The translations under genes and the position numbers were made by a program. This document shows, piece after piece, positions 50,728-63,106 of a DNA stretch of 64,000 bases. The notes beneath the pieces were generated by a model. That model worked only from the letters and a program-made list of their open reading frames with translations, was not told where the DNA came from and ran no database searches. Each line of letters starts with the position of its first letter. Positions within the stretch are counted from its first letter, which is position 1. Source of the DNA: Balanoglossus misakiensis (Eukaryota; Animalia; Hemichordata); assembly GCA_040954595.2 (NCBI GenBank), contig CM082581.2:14023921-14087920 (forward strand), in the 5' to 3' direction.

Positions 50728-52183
50728 GGTATATGTTTAAACGACTACAATGCGTGCCAAAAAAGGAAACATATATACAGTACAGACTGACATAGTATGG
50801 TACGTGCACGGTTCTTTTACTGTGTGTGTACTGTGCAGTACCTAGTTTGTATCTGTACCATACCATTTTACGGTATCATAAACATGTTTCCTTTTTTGTC
50901 ACGTACTGTATACCTGGGCACCCTAGCTATGTGCACAGTTGCCAATATCTGTCAATCAGTTTGTGTGTCCTACTGGCATTTATGTATAAAAATTATGGTA
51001 ACGTTCTAATTTTTGTCAACAAGGTATCATCCATCATCACATTTCAGCAATTTATTGGATCTTATTCAGTATTATCCCTGATAGTTATAATAAACAAACC
51101 TATACAATGTATATGCTCTTCTAGGGTGCCTCAACGATCATGAAATCACTCACATTCAATGTTTCTTGTTTTTGTACAGATGTAACTTCTATTCTCAAAA
51201 CATGTTATATTACAAAGTCACATTCATAGCATAACTTATTTATTGTGGTTGTGAGTCGAGTGAGAGGAGTTTATCAACTGCCTCATCTAAAATCGGCAGC
51301 TGGGGTTTTGGTGCATGAAATCAGGACCCAACCCTGGTAGAGTCAGGTGATTTTTTTATCCAGTACAGGAGATGAGAAGTACAACCTGGAATTTGTGAAC
51401 TTGTCATGCATCATTGCATTTTGTTCTTGCTCTGGTTAATGTATAATTGTCATGTCACATCAAGGGATCATCCCAGTGGTATACTGAAAATATAACATAC
51501 ATGTACATGAATTTCAAAGTACACAAATGAGCTTTCAGTGTCTATGTGCTGAACAATTTGTTGTTTTCATATGTACAAATATATTGGAAAAGTTGGTGAA
51601 TGCAAGTATTATTCATAAAGCAGTGAGTTTAACTGAGTCAATTGTTGACACCAAGCTGAACTAGATCAATGAGAAGGACAAGGGGGAAGGGAAACACACA
51701 AGTCCGATATCGAAAGATGATGTGTAAACAAATATGACATCACATACCATCCATCAAAATATACCTTGATCTTTTGAAAAGTGTGGTCTTTGTATAACTT
51801 CCAGTCATTTCTATAAATGAATATGATTGATCGAATTTCTATGAAATTACATTGCACACCGCTTTGTAGATTGCAACTTTTCAACCAGGGATTCATTTTA
51901 AGAGAATTATTCTTGATATTCACAAAAGACTAATTAACACAAGTATGGTAAACTCAAAGGAAAAAAAGCTATGAATATCATAAACATTCTGTAAAACATT
52001 TGTAATAAAATTATGTTTTCAAAATGTGCAATATGTGTTTGTACGTAGCATACAATTTGTGTCATTTTGAACCAAGTACGGATCTTGCGAATGTATTTGT
52101 GGAACAACACCGACAAAATGATCAAAAACAAAGAAAAATCTCTAATATCTAAGACTTGAAATAGCAGAGAATTGTCATGAATA

Positions 52184-52198
52184 TAGCGCCCTCATCAC
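52184..52198 (-). promoter_or_regulatory. CTCF-like motif downstream of STK32
   Basis: TAGCGCCCTCATCAC shares the 10-mer TAGCGCCCTC with the sites at 2206 and 6704. Confidence 0.35.
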
Positions 52199-52454
52199 CT
52201 GCAATACAATCCCTTTCTTTTACAATTTGACCTCATCCGTGGGGAGAAATCCGCTAAGCCAATCAAGAGTTAGACCTACACTGTAGACTTCAAATGTAAC
52301 TGGAAGAAATATCAAGATGACTTTCACAAGTTGAAGGTTTTGAAAATTTACTAGAGTGGAGTACTAATATTTTATTGGTATGAATCGATTCGTGTAACAC
52401 TTTACATATCTGATATAAGTGAAGGTCACAACAAGATAATAAAAGTTATTGTAT

Positions 52455-52502
52455 CCATAGACAGTAGAGGGGGAAGAGGGCTTCCCCCTCTACTGTCTAT
52501 GG
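52455..52502. mobile_element. 48-bp perfect hairpin with target-site duplication (minimal MITE or internally deleted DNA transposon)
   Basis: CCATAGACAGTAGAGGGGGAAG-aggg-CTTCCCCCTCTACTGTCTATGG is a perfect 22-bp inverted repeat flanked by TGTAT on both sides (52450-52454 and 52503-52507). Confidence 0.7.
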
Positions 52503-55500
52503 TGTATCACACTGCCCATTTGTTCTTGTTATGTACAGTTACCATTCCACGATCCTTGAGAAATCATCCGTTTACAATTGATAACAAAAATTGTACAGTT
52601 ACAAAACTCCAGTATGCGAACCAATAGACTGGGTCAACGTTCCCCTAATTTGCATATAACGGTTCTCACCACACCTGTCAGGTAATTGACTCTCGTTGTC
52701 TCGACGTAACACCAAGGCAGCACTTCAAATGGTGGGAAATTGTATTTCTACTAATGTTTGTGGACACTTTTACCTCGGTAATGGAGAATAATAACTTACA
52801 CTTAACAAAAGTTAGGAGTAAGCTGATTCCTGTGCTGCCAAAAGTGCCTTGGGACCGTATACTTTTGCAACTCAAGGCTCCGAAGACAAGAACCCAAAAT
52901 ATGGAGTACATGCTCAGACTGCATGGATCGGACGTGGAAAACAACATGTAAATTACCGGAAAGGTAGGGCTACTATTTCTTCTCAAACCATTACCATGCG
53001 TTTGTTGTAATTGTCCAAAGTTGTCGACGTGTATTGGGAAGTCCATCTGTCATTTCAAAAAGACGCTAAGATCTCCATCTGAAGAAGATTCACTTATTAT
53101 TAGGCCAACTCGTGATCAATACAGGCCTGATATTATACTGGTGCATATTGCATCGTAACCACTGTCACGGCCCACACAAAATCAATCTAGGCCTAGCCAC
53201 GAACTATATCAAATATAAATCGTGTAGAATGTAACAACCAATAGTTCCTGTGCTGCCTGTTCAATAAGGCTTTTTAAAAGCTTGACACAAATCAAATAAC
53301 TGTTGAGAATTTCAAAGGAAATGAATTGCGTCATAATCAATGAAGGTAGGAGACCAACGTATATATTTATTGTAAAAATCAAATTCGCATAGCCGTCATA
53401 CTGTAATAACAAAGCTTTGCTATCAATCCCACAATTATAAACCATCAACTTCGATTTTCGTAACTTAGCATCAAAAACGTGAATATTGCAGGATATGGTT
53501 GCACGCACCTCGAAGATAGCATGACGAACTGTCGTTTCTGTGGATACGACCATTTGTCAAAGTAATCGTTCGTAATAGGATATTTTAGTGATGTTATCTC
53601 GGTTAATTTAGAATCTTGATTGATTGCTCAAACACAGTACCGTCCACATACTTTTGTGGTATGCTAATTTAGTTCTGGTGTCCGTGTGGAATGATACAGT
53701 TGACACACTTTGACAGGTCAATGAACACATCCCAGACTTAAGTGGTACCAATTCATTCACGCATATGGTTACACAGGCCCTGATGATGTCATTATAGCTA
53801 AGCGTACACCGGTATGGATGTTCATTCCATTTTTAAAACCAGGCCATACAATAGCATGCACCACTCATCACTCAGTAACTAAACGCATACGCCAAGTTCA
53901 AATATTTGCATCATTTGGAAGCCACTTGCTCCTGCGAACATTTGTCAAAGCGCTTTTGACGTTTCGTTGAATTTAATCAACTTGTTTGCACGGACTGTCA
54001 ACAGCTCGGCATTTTGAGCCTTCTTTTCATCACCATATGACACACTGGTCTTAGAATTTGTCCGATATTTATCCGAAAACTGCAACTTGTCACGTAGCAT
54101 TGAATAAGGTTGATGCCTTTAGTAAAGACATTGTTCCAGCTCGTTATTATACATAATTATGTAAGATATCTTTTAATATTAGATTAGTGTATCACTAAAT
54201 ATGGCTGCGTGTGTATACGAAAGAGGGGGGGGGGGAGAGCTATATCTCCCCAGATTTATTAGAGAAACACCTGCCACCGTGACGTCACCTGGGGTTGCTT
54301 TTGACTTGTGAACTCCTTGGGTCTTCAAACAGGTGTACGGAATGTTTGCGCCTGATTTGACCTGAAAGCTGGGACTTTATAATAGTGACGGTGCTTAGAG
54401 ATGTAGGTTTTATAATGATGAAATTGTTTCCAGATTTGAGTGATGCAGACAAATCCATATCTGTGGCGTGCATGATTCTTTCCGATTCAGCCTCAAGAAA
54501 TATACTGCGCCTGAGTCAATATTTCCAAAGGACCTTAGTGCTATTTCTGGTGGTGTTAACTCGTACACCCTGGAGTGAAATAATATAATATAACAGTAAT
54601 GAACAGCTGTAGTGTAGGAGCGACATGCATTCTCTGGGGTGCTTTAATCATGCAAGTTACACGGGACATGGATACACCCGGTGTCCGTGTGTTAGTTGAT
54701 TTGCTTCCAGGGAAGAGACGTCTTTACGCCATCGTCGTACTTTGCCTCTGGCAGCTGGGCTTCTATAATATTAGCTGGTGTTTTCATTGAAATTAGGCCG
54801 GAGAATAGCGTTTTGTATTGGATGGATGGATAGATAGATAGCACCCACGTGGATTAATCATTTATGTTTTAATGGCCCAGAACCTTCAGTCACATGTTAT
54901 AAATAGACCTTTATTACCCTGGCTGTGGAATACATGAATGCGGGCTGTCACGGTGGAGGGTAGCTCTGACGGACTCTGTCGTCATAGGGGCATGTAGTAT
55001 CGGTTGTGTACCCCCAAATGTCTCTTCCAGAACACTGCCAATAGTACTAAACGTCAATGGTATACAAATGTAGCTCAACTACTTACACCTGTACATGTCT
55101 TTCTGTTATTGCGAATCCACTTGAAATTGTCCATTCCCATTGCCAATGGGAACAGTTGTGTCCACACGGGTACGATTGCCTTGATGATATGAGAGAGCTA
55201 TAGAGCGGTAATTGTTAATTTTTAATGAGAAATTATCATTGCATAGACTAAAATGAAGACTTTGTAAGCTAGAACCTTAATTTTTTTTGACTTTGTAGGC
55301 TGTACAACGTAAGAACCACGATTTTTCGGTGAGAACCACGGCTATGCATTGTACATATGTATTGATATGAGTACTCATGCATATTCAATCCGGTGTCTAG
55401 ACGTTGTGCTTACTTGGCTAGCATTCATAAGACAGCAAAGGCAAATACATTTGTACAAGCGTTACCGGGGGACACGCACCTCAAAATGTTCGCCTCATCC

Positions 55501-55734
55501 ATTTCGGAAGTAGCTTCGGGCGTAAGATTTGTAATTACCACTCGCCGACAGGAACCCCCGGGTAGATACCGGCCATTCGTCCTACGTAATTGTGAACGTC
55601 TGGGGTTAACCAAATCAAAGCATTGTACATTTTAAATATTTACTCCTAAACGGCCAGTGTTTGTTGAGCTAAGCAGTTATAAAGATTACAAATGGGCAAA
55701 CTTCACGCAATAACCAAAAACACGTTCATATTGT

Positions 55735-55760
55735 TACCAAATAAAATATTTATTTACATA
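55735..55760 (-). terminator. Candidate poly(A) signal of the GPCR (about 1.9 kb 3' UTR)
   Basis: TTTATT at 55749-55754 in AT-rich context; an alternative lies at about 56377. Confidence 0.35.
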
Positions 55761-57616
55761 AACTCCTTTAATACAAGGGAAGTAATATCAGTAACGGCAT
55801 AATATTAAAATTCCTCGTTCTTCGTCCAATTCAGCCCCTTTCTTGCTTTTAGCAGCAGAGATAAAATGTATTATCAAAAGTGACAACGCTTCCTGTAACT
55901 ATTCCTGAGCAGATCAGAGATCGTTGTTAGTTTATGACCTCTCATAACATGGCTTAACAATCGTAACTCATTATGATGAACACCATGCACACAACTGTGA
56001 AGTAGCCGGGCAAATCCAAAGCTCGACAATTCCGTGCAGACAAGAAAGTCTTGTATTAATTTAAAACGACAAACTCCATCCAAGTATTTAGGTCATTGTA
56101 TAATAATGACCATGTTCAGCTAACATCACGCCTTCGGCTTGTAATTGGACGAATGGAAGATAAACACGCCTTGGGCTTGTAATTCGTTAATGGAAGATTG
56201 AATTATAACTAAAAACGCACAACCGACGTTGACGATTTCCCGGTGGTAGGACCATTCCTTCCGGCAAATTGTTGCATTGAAGCCCAGATGTTTCTTGTGT
56301 TTCTCGTCAGCAACTGGAGACCAACTCATTGCATGTAATATTCAACAGTCCAGCATGCAGCGTGGCATTTGTACATTTTATTTAACAAATTTCACGTTGG
56401 TTCAAATGGATGGAACAGCAAAATTATTAACTGATGACCTCTGTGTTAATTAATTAATGCAATCCATTAATATTTAAGTTGTCAGTTGTCAGGCAGAAAC
56501 TGTCACTGCCGGGCCGGGTGCGTTGACCTCTGATAAAAGATTATTTCGCCGAAAGCTAGGTAAATACAGAGTCATCTGTGCGCCGGACTCGCTGACTCAA
56601 GTGTACAGTCGAAAGAAAGTCAACACTCAATGATAAATTAGGATTTCGGAACAAAAGATAGGATAAAACAGCCGTGCCGTTCTTAAAGCTGTTCACAGAT
56701 ACAAACATCACTAGTCAATTGACATGATTGAAGCCCGTGGCTAGCCGGTTTTGATGGCATGGTGATTGGTGGCATCAGATTCCATGGCACATTTTGCTAA
56801 AGATGCGTGGAGCGATAGTATTATGCGCAACCGATTTATCGTTACCTTCGTCGCCAAAAGATAATCTTACACTCTAAATACGATAAATCAAAACTTCAGT
56901 CTCTGATATACGGTTCTGAGTTCGTGACAGATCAAAAACATTCTCTTTTGCATGTTGTTATGGCTACAGGGTAGGAAACCATTTCCGTAGCAACGAACTG
57001 CGTGATCCAGAGTTCTCAGTCTGACACGAGTAAATTGGTTTAGGTTTGACGTATGTGACACGACACGCCATTTCTGTCACTGGCCAGACGCGTCGGTATC
57101 CAAGACTGCCGTCGTCAAAATACAATGCTATTACGCCAGTCTCCAGGCTTGTAATTATCTTTCCCGCTGTTTAAGGTTGTTTGTATGTCGGTATTCTGAA
57201 AGAGATCCCTAACCTAGCAAGTTAGCGAACTGTATCAGTAACGACCAGTCTGTTCCCGTTGGGTCTCTGACCAAAAACACGTCATCTTTACCGTGGTCCC
57301 AATGTTCCTTTTACTTCAGAGTCTAATATTGCAGGGCACTACACTCACAATTAGTAAAGTGTGGGTCTTTCATGAAGGAGTTAATTGTTCTTTGGTGCTC
57401 CACGTAATTGTTTCGTTCAGCTTTGAACAGATTTTGTACACGATTGGACGCTAATGCGCGCACGACACTGGCATGGCAGTCCAGGGTACAAAGTTTTCAA
57501 CCCAATCTACTTGAATCAAACACTCTTCTAAGTGCACACAAATCACGTTAGAGTGAAGTCATTTAAAATAATGTACTTTACTGTAAAGTGTTTTACTCTA
57601 TGATGAATATCCTTCG

Positions 57617-58771
57617 CTAACTGTGGTTCGGAGAACTGTGGTTGTTTAAGCTTTCTGCTCCTGACAGTTCTTTTCCTTGGACGTCCAACTCATGATTGTG
57701 GTTCATATTCCCGGAAATGTGAGATATCGAGTCTTTCCTGTCGTGGACACCTTTCAAATTACTCGCTTCGAAGGAACTGTCTCTCTCTGATATTCCACGA
57801 CACTGGTAGCAACATAGCAGCCGCTTGAAGGCTTTTCTGAATTCCGAGTTGAACGCATATATGAGGGGATTAATCCCACTGTTCACGTACCCCAACCAGA
57901 TGAAAGTTTTAAAAAGAGGTATGGGAACGCAGCCGAAACAGTACGGATCGACAATATTCACGATGAAAAACGGCAACCAGCAGAGGATAAACACACCAAC
58001 GATGATACCCAGTGTTTTGGCGGCTTTGCGTTCCCTGGCGTAAGAAAACTTCCTCTTCGAACCAGCGGGGCTTGCTACCTGCAGGCGGTTGACGGTCGTC
58101 TCCTGCGCGTGTATCCGCTGTTGATGTTTTCTCGCCACGCAGTAAATCCGCATGTAGACAAATACAATTATGACCATCGGAATGTAGAAGGAGATGATTG
58201 AGGATATGAGCGCATAGGTGGGGTTGAGCAAAAGCGCGCAGAACATTGGGTCGTCGTAAAGTTCCCGGTAGCGCTCGTCCTCGTGCCAGCCCAGCAGTAC
58301 GGGGACGACGGAGATGAGCGTGGAGACAACATAAGCGGTGGCGATCATCACGGCGGCCGTCCTCCCAGTCATCCGCTGGTGGTAGGTGAACGGTGACGTG
58401 ATGGCCAGGTATCGATCCACGGAAATCATGCACAAGTTTATGATGCTGGCCGTGCAGCACAGCACGTCCAGGCTGTTGTAGATGGTGCAGAACACTTCTC
58501 CGAACGCCCAGTACCCGAGAACTTCGTTGGCCGCCGCGTACGGCAGCACCATCACCGCTATCGTGGTGTCGGCAACCGCCAGTGACACTATGAAGTAGTT
58601 CGTGACAGTTTGCAAGCGGCGTATCGACACCACCGAGGTAATCACCAAAATATTACCGAGTAGCGTCACCAATGTCAGGAGGTAGACAGCGAACCCCACC
58701 CCGATCTGGTAAGCGAGGCTTGGCAACTCTGGTCCCAGATCGGTGGTGTTAACACTACTGTTGGCATCCAT
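57617..58771 (-). CDS. Aminergic class A GPCR, D1-like dopamine or beta-octopamine/adrenergic-like, intronless CDS, 384 aa
   Basis: Starts at ATG 58771 in a strong Kozak context (gcgaccATGG, MDANSS). Seven TM segments with GN, LAVAD, D3.32 (LDVL), DRY, TM5 ISSIISFYIP (S5.42/5.43/5.46), short ICL3 with RERKAAKTL, CWLPFFIVN (N6.55), NPLIY and a C-terminal LCC palmitoylation-type site. The exact subtype cannot be resolved without phylogeny. Confidence 0.9.
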   Translation of the reverse strand: MDANSSVNTTDLGPELPSLAYQIGVGFAVYLLTLVTLLGNILVITSVVSIRRLQTVTNYFIVSLAVADTTIAVMVLPYAAANEVLGYWAFGEVFCTIYNSLDVLCCTASIINLCMISVDRYLAITSPFTYHQRMTGRTAAVMIATAYVVSTLISVVPVLLGWHEDERYRELYDDPMFCALLLNPTYALISSIISFYIPMVIIVFVYMRIYCVARKHQQRIHAQETTVNRLQVASPAGSKRKFSYARERKAAKTLGIIVGVFILCWLPFFIVNIVDPYCFGCVPIPLFKTFIWLGYVNSGINPLIYAFNSEFRKAFKRLLCCYQCRGISERDSSFEASNLKGVHDRKDSISHISGNMNHNHELDVQGKELSGAESLNNHSSPNHS

Positions 58772-58880
58772 GGTCGCGCTGGCCACCACCAACTATTGAC
58801 GATTGCGTTCTTGTCTTTACACTGAAGTACGAGCAGCTTGTCGATGTGATTTTTACCTGAAGTGTGGGAGAGAACATAAA
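58772..58880 (-). other. 5' UTR segment and splice acceptor of the GPCR coding exon
   Basis: Minus-strand ...tctcccacacttcAG|gtaaaaatc places the exon start at 58856, 85 nt before the ATG, implying an upstream non-coding exon. A candidate donor GTAAGT lies near 60520. Confidence 0.5.
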
Positions 58881-61315
58881 CAAAAGTAAATACTACGTGA
58901 ACGCCATAAATTTTCTCGAAACCGCGCCCTCTTGAAACTGTCGCTTGTCCATCAACGAATGACGGCTGGATTGATTATACATTGTGACAGCAGTATGCGC
59001 TAAGAACTGGAGTCAGTACTGTGGAGTCACAACCACAGAGAATGGCAATGACAAGGGCTCGCTAAATACCGCATAGACGTTACAATGACGGAACATCGAT
59101 GATGTGTAATTCTTGATCATGCTGATCTGGATAATCACAGAGAGCCAAGCACGTACATTTTCTTCGTGAAGATTAGTCTATCCAAGTATAACTGTTTCGG
59201 GTATCGTCCAGCACCGACGCGTCAGCCATCGCGTGTTTACTTTAATATTACTCTCAACTCCCTTCCACATAGTGTGACACTATGCAAACATAGCAATCAA
59301 GGAGCGATTGTATGTCTTATACGAGTGACATTTGTCGTTGTGCTGGTAGCACTCTAATAGAATTCATCGTCTGGCCAATGGCGACTTTCAGATGACAAAA
59401 GTCATGAGGAACAACTCCATGTCTTGCCCGACAACAGAACAATCATGTAAAATCTTAACCGTAGTCTGAAGAAGAGTGATGTATTCCAAAATGATTAGAC
59501 GCCCCGTTTCCTAGAAACGCGCCGCGAGTGCTTTATTTTATTGGAATGAATTGGAAAGTGCGATTTTTCATCATTTGCGGCGAAAGCAAATGACTTTCAG
59601 AGAGATAACTGAGATAAGGTAATACGGTAATAACAGTATGACAAATTCTCGTATTTTGTTTTATCTTCGACGAATGGTAATCTATATCAAAAGCTGTCAT
59701 TAACTTAGCGATTGCGCCTCGGCAGAAGACGGGTCGCTCTGCTTCAAGCGTGATCTATCAATTAAATGCAATGAATTCATCACCCCCTGTAAACAACCCT
59801 TACCCAGCAAAGATATTTCGCAAATTGATCCGTAAAATCGCAAGCACTTGGAAAAAGAATTCCGTTCATACATTCCAGAGAAGTGCTTTGTTTTGCCGGA
59901 ACTGAGCGGTTCTTGTGAGTACAGACCCTCCCTGCTGCACTCACGTGTTGATTTGCTCGGATTTACAACGTTCAATCATTCAAGACTTTAACCATTGCAA
60001 AATTCATTTCCCAGACATCCCTCACGCAAGATTTTCCCCATGGCAGGAATTCAGTATTCAACTTAACGTGGTCATTATCATATAAATTGACTTTCCGATA
60101 AACTGAGCCATCCAGCCAAAATATAACTCTTTACTGAAAACACAACGTCATCAATCGTAAACAAGATCAGTTTTTTAACGGGATGATATATTCTCCCACG
60201 CAAGTCGCACAACTATAGATGTTCACAGTAGAGATTCCGTAACATTAAAAAGTAAGTGTCCTTGAATCACGCAAAGAAGACACAGACAGAATTAAGTTTA
60301 TCCCTGACGTACATGTACATGTATATCATTGCTTAATTTTCAATGACCGACAAAATATCCATCCATCGATTCGAACATGGAAGAGTCAAGACTAAGTACA
60401 TGTATCGACCTTATGGAAAACGAAAGTTTTGCTTCAAATCTACCTGGTCAACACATACTTTGCACTCTTATGCACTAGTAAAAGACCAAATACGTGACAG
60501 TATTCAAGAAGAAATACTTACACGTCCAACCTGTCAGATCGCGGTTTTGCTTCGTACTTCGACTAGTGCGAACGGACGAACTATGAACACCTCTCGACGT
60601 GGAACACCGTGTGAAGTCGTACTAACATACAGGATGAAGATTGTACCACCACTCGAGAATTATATATGTGCATATTTTCTTTATGAATACGGGCGCCCTC
60701 ACAAAGCGTACTATACACGTAGAATCTTTTGATTCATGCGCTATGATGGTGCTCATATTTTCAAGTTTAAGAGCACACACGGCTAGGGTTTTTCCCAGTC
60801 ACACTTTTAAAACGTGGGAACCGAAAAGCCCGAAGCGTGCCAAGCTTCAGTCACGACGAAAAGGAACGCGAGATAATGTGTACCCACAATGATCAAATTC
60901 TGCTAATGAACGTGTTTTGACAGTGATTAAAGAGGCGAGTTGCCGAGTTCGATGTAAATTCTACCTCTCACCGAGAACTCAGCCCACATACAGTTGACTC
61001 ATTCTGTAAAAAAAACCGAGATAGTCGCTGTTAGCACGAACGATAGAACCCTAGTTTGCACCGTAGGAGATTATTTCAACCTCGCTGGGCGGCGTAATTG
61101 GATAACCTGTAGCGTGACCTGGTAGGGCTAATCATGCTTGGCGAGAGTTAAAGAATCACCTAGATTTCATCGACAATCTGTACATGATTGAACGTTGCTA
61201 GCCAGTCGGGTTGTAGTAGGGGGCAGGCCGTGGGTTTGCTTACTCCTTATATTTGGTTGTTTTGACAGGGTGAAGTCTGATGACACATAAGTCTATACAC
61301 GGTGCATGGTTCTAT

Positions 61316-61410
61316 CCCGATGGTGTCACTCTAACATAGCTTAGGCATCCATGCTCGTTCCACAAAATTTCAAGATACCCCTAATCTGGGATTTTTCATC
61401 ACCCCTTAAT
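61316..61410. repeat. Truncated second copy of the 61813-62138 element
   Basis: Starts cccgatggtgtcactc and contains about 45 bp nearly identical to about 61843-61889. Confidence 0.55.
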
Positions 61411-61812
61411 TTAAGACAATCCAATTTAAGTATGTTCTTAGAGAGAGTGTTGGAGAACAAATAACTGGTATTTGAATTATACAGAGTTTTATATCGCCAT
61501 GCGGATCCTGATGGAGATCACTTTCAGCCAATCGGGCGCTTCCTTTTCCTTTGCCCAATCATGACGAAATCTCCCGCTAAAATGTTGCAATTGGCATTTA
61601 CTATTACGTTCGCTTGATGTCGAATTGCTACTTTTTGGAATTTTCCGCTCTGTATAGTGTATATAAAGCGTGCTCGTTGCCTGTTGGAGTCCTTTTCATC
61701 ATACCACGGGAGAGAGAGAGAGAGAGCCACGCATTCTATCCTAATGTCATGAGGAAAGAGAAGTCTTGGTCAGGTGTGTAGAAATAATATTTCGGAGCTA
61801 CCCGATTTCATT

Positions 61813-62138
61813 CCCGGTGGTCACACTCAAACGGATCCGTGTTCGTTCCACAAAATGTCAACATACCCCTAATCTGGGATTTTTCATCAAAAACACCCCC
61901 TTAACTTGAGAAATATGGGAGAAAATAGGATTTTGTACCAGTTTTTAACGAGAGCAACGCACAGTGAAACTTTGGTGAAGTCCGGGGTGAAGTTTGAGTG
62001 TCTGATAGATATTTCTCGGGATATTTCAAACAGTTCCTTAGCCATTTCTTTTAAAATTACATACAAAATCAACCCCTTCCCCGTGATTTTGGCAAACATG
62101 CATGGATATCCCCCTCCCGAGTGTCACTACCACCGGGG
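61813..62138. mobile_element. Non-autonomous DNA element with CCCGG termini
   Basis: Begins CCCGGTGGTcacactc and ends gagtgtcactACCACCGGG (imperfect TIR). Shares tcgttccacaaaat(t/g)tcaa(g/c)atacccctaatctgggatttttcatca with the partial copy at 61316-61410. Confidence 0.55.
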
Positions 62139-63084
62139 CTTCTATAATAGTGCAAAAGTACACCAGATGTCAAGGTCAACCTGTTGGGTATCAGTGACAA
62201 CGGTCGTTAGCTTTTGAGAGTACGTGCATGGCATTTCGTTGGCATTGCACAACAAACGTAATCGCTTTAGAGTTCGTTTGACTTGTTTTGATCCGGGCGT
62301 ACAGTTGACTACGCAACAGGTCGCTGTACTAGTCAGCCTGAGCCCAGAAGCGTTGTTTTTGCGGAAGATTTCAAAGTAAAGTCTCACGTCTTTCTGGCTC
62401 TCATTAGTTTAAGAGCACCTTTGGCCAAGTAAACGTCGCTCATGGTTGCACAGTGTCACCTTGTCCTTTGAAAACCGACCTGTGCATCGCCTAATCAAAT
62501 TTAACCCATTTTCTAGAATTTCATTGTCTCGAAAACAGATACAGATGTTTTGCTGTTTAAACAAATAAGTATACATCATGTATATAGTGAGAAACAAAGA
62601 AACATACAGACAGACATATACACCAGCAGAGACCATTTTTCAATGTTTCATAAAAATGTCATTTCGATTTTTCTCCAAAGAATGTCTCAAATATTACATA
62701 TTGTTTGACCAATTTTAAAAACTGCATTTTTCTGTACTTTTTTATGACCATTTTATTTTATCAGAATCACTCTAAGTCCTTTATGCTAAAATCAGTGTTG
62801 AACATGCCGACCACCTAGGATAATAAAGCACTAATATAACGCGATAATGTTCAATAATTTATATGACCGTGAAGTTTAATATCCATATTTACTCAATAAC
62901 TAAGTCATTCCTGTTTTATGATTGTATTGAGGCAGTGCGGTTAAGCTTTATTTCATTAACTTCGAGTTGATTCGGCAAAATTTCATTATGATTTAGCATT
63001 GACGTTCTAAATTAATAAGATTGACTTGTGGAATTTCATTAGTAGTGTTGACGCTTTTACATTCATGAGGAGGATTTTCATTCT

Positions 63085-63106
63085 CCCCCCCCCCCCCCCC
63101 CCCCCC
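63085..63106. repeat. Poly-C run (C22)
   Basis: Homopolymer read directly; shorter C/G runs at about 8551-8561, 15140-15153 and 54225-54235. Confidence 0.9.

Noticed and set aside
52678-53553. ORFs of 65-122 aa between STK32 and the GPCR
   Set aside because: No recognisable motifs or coherent exon structure.
57909-58460. 183-aa alternative-frame ORF overlapping the GPCR
   Set aside because: Expected by-product of GC-rich codon usage; no recognisable domain.
58772-58792. ORF-track start (MVVASAT) for the GPCR
   Set aside because: Non-ATG start; the ATG at 58771 has an ideal Kozak context and is followed by N-glycosylation sites.
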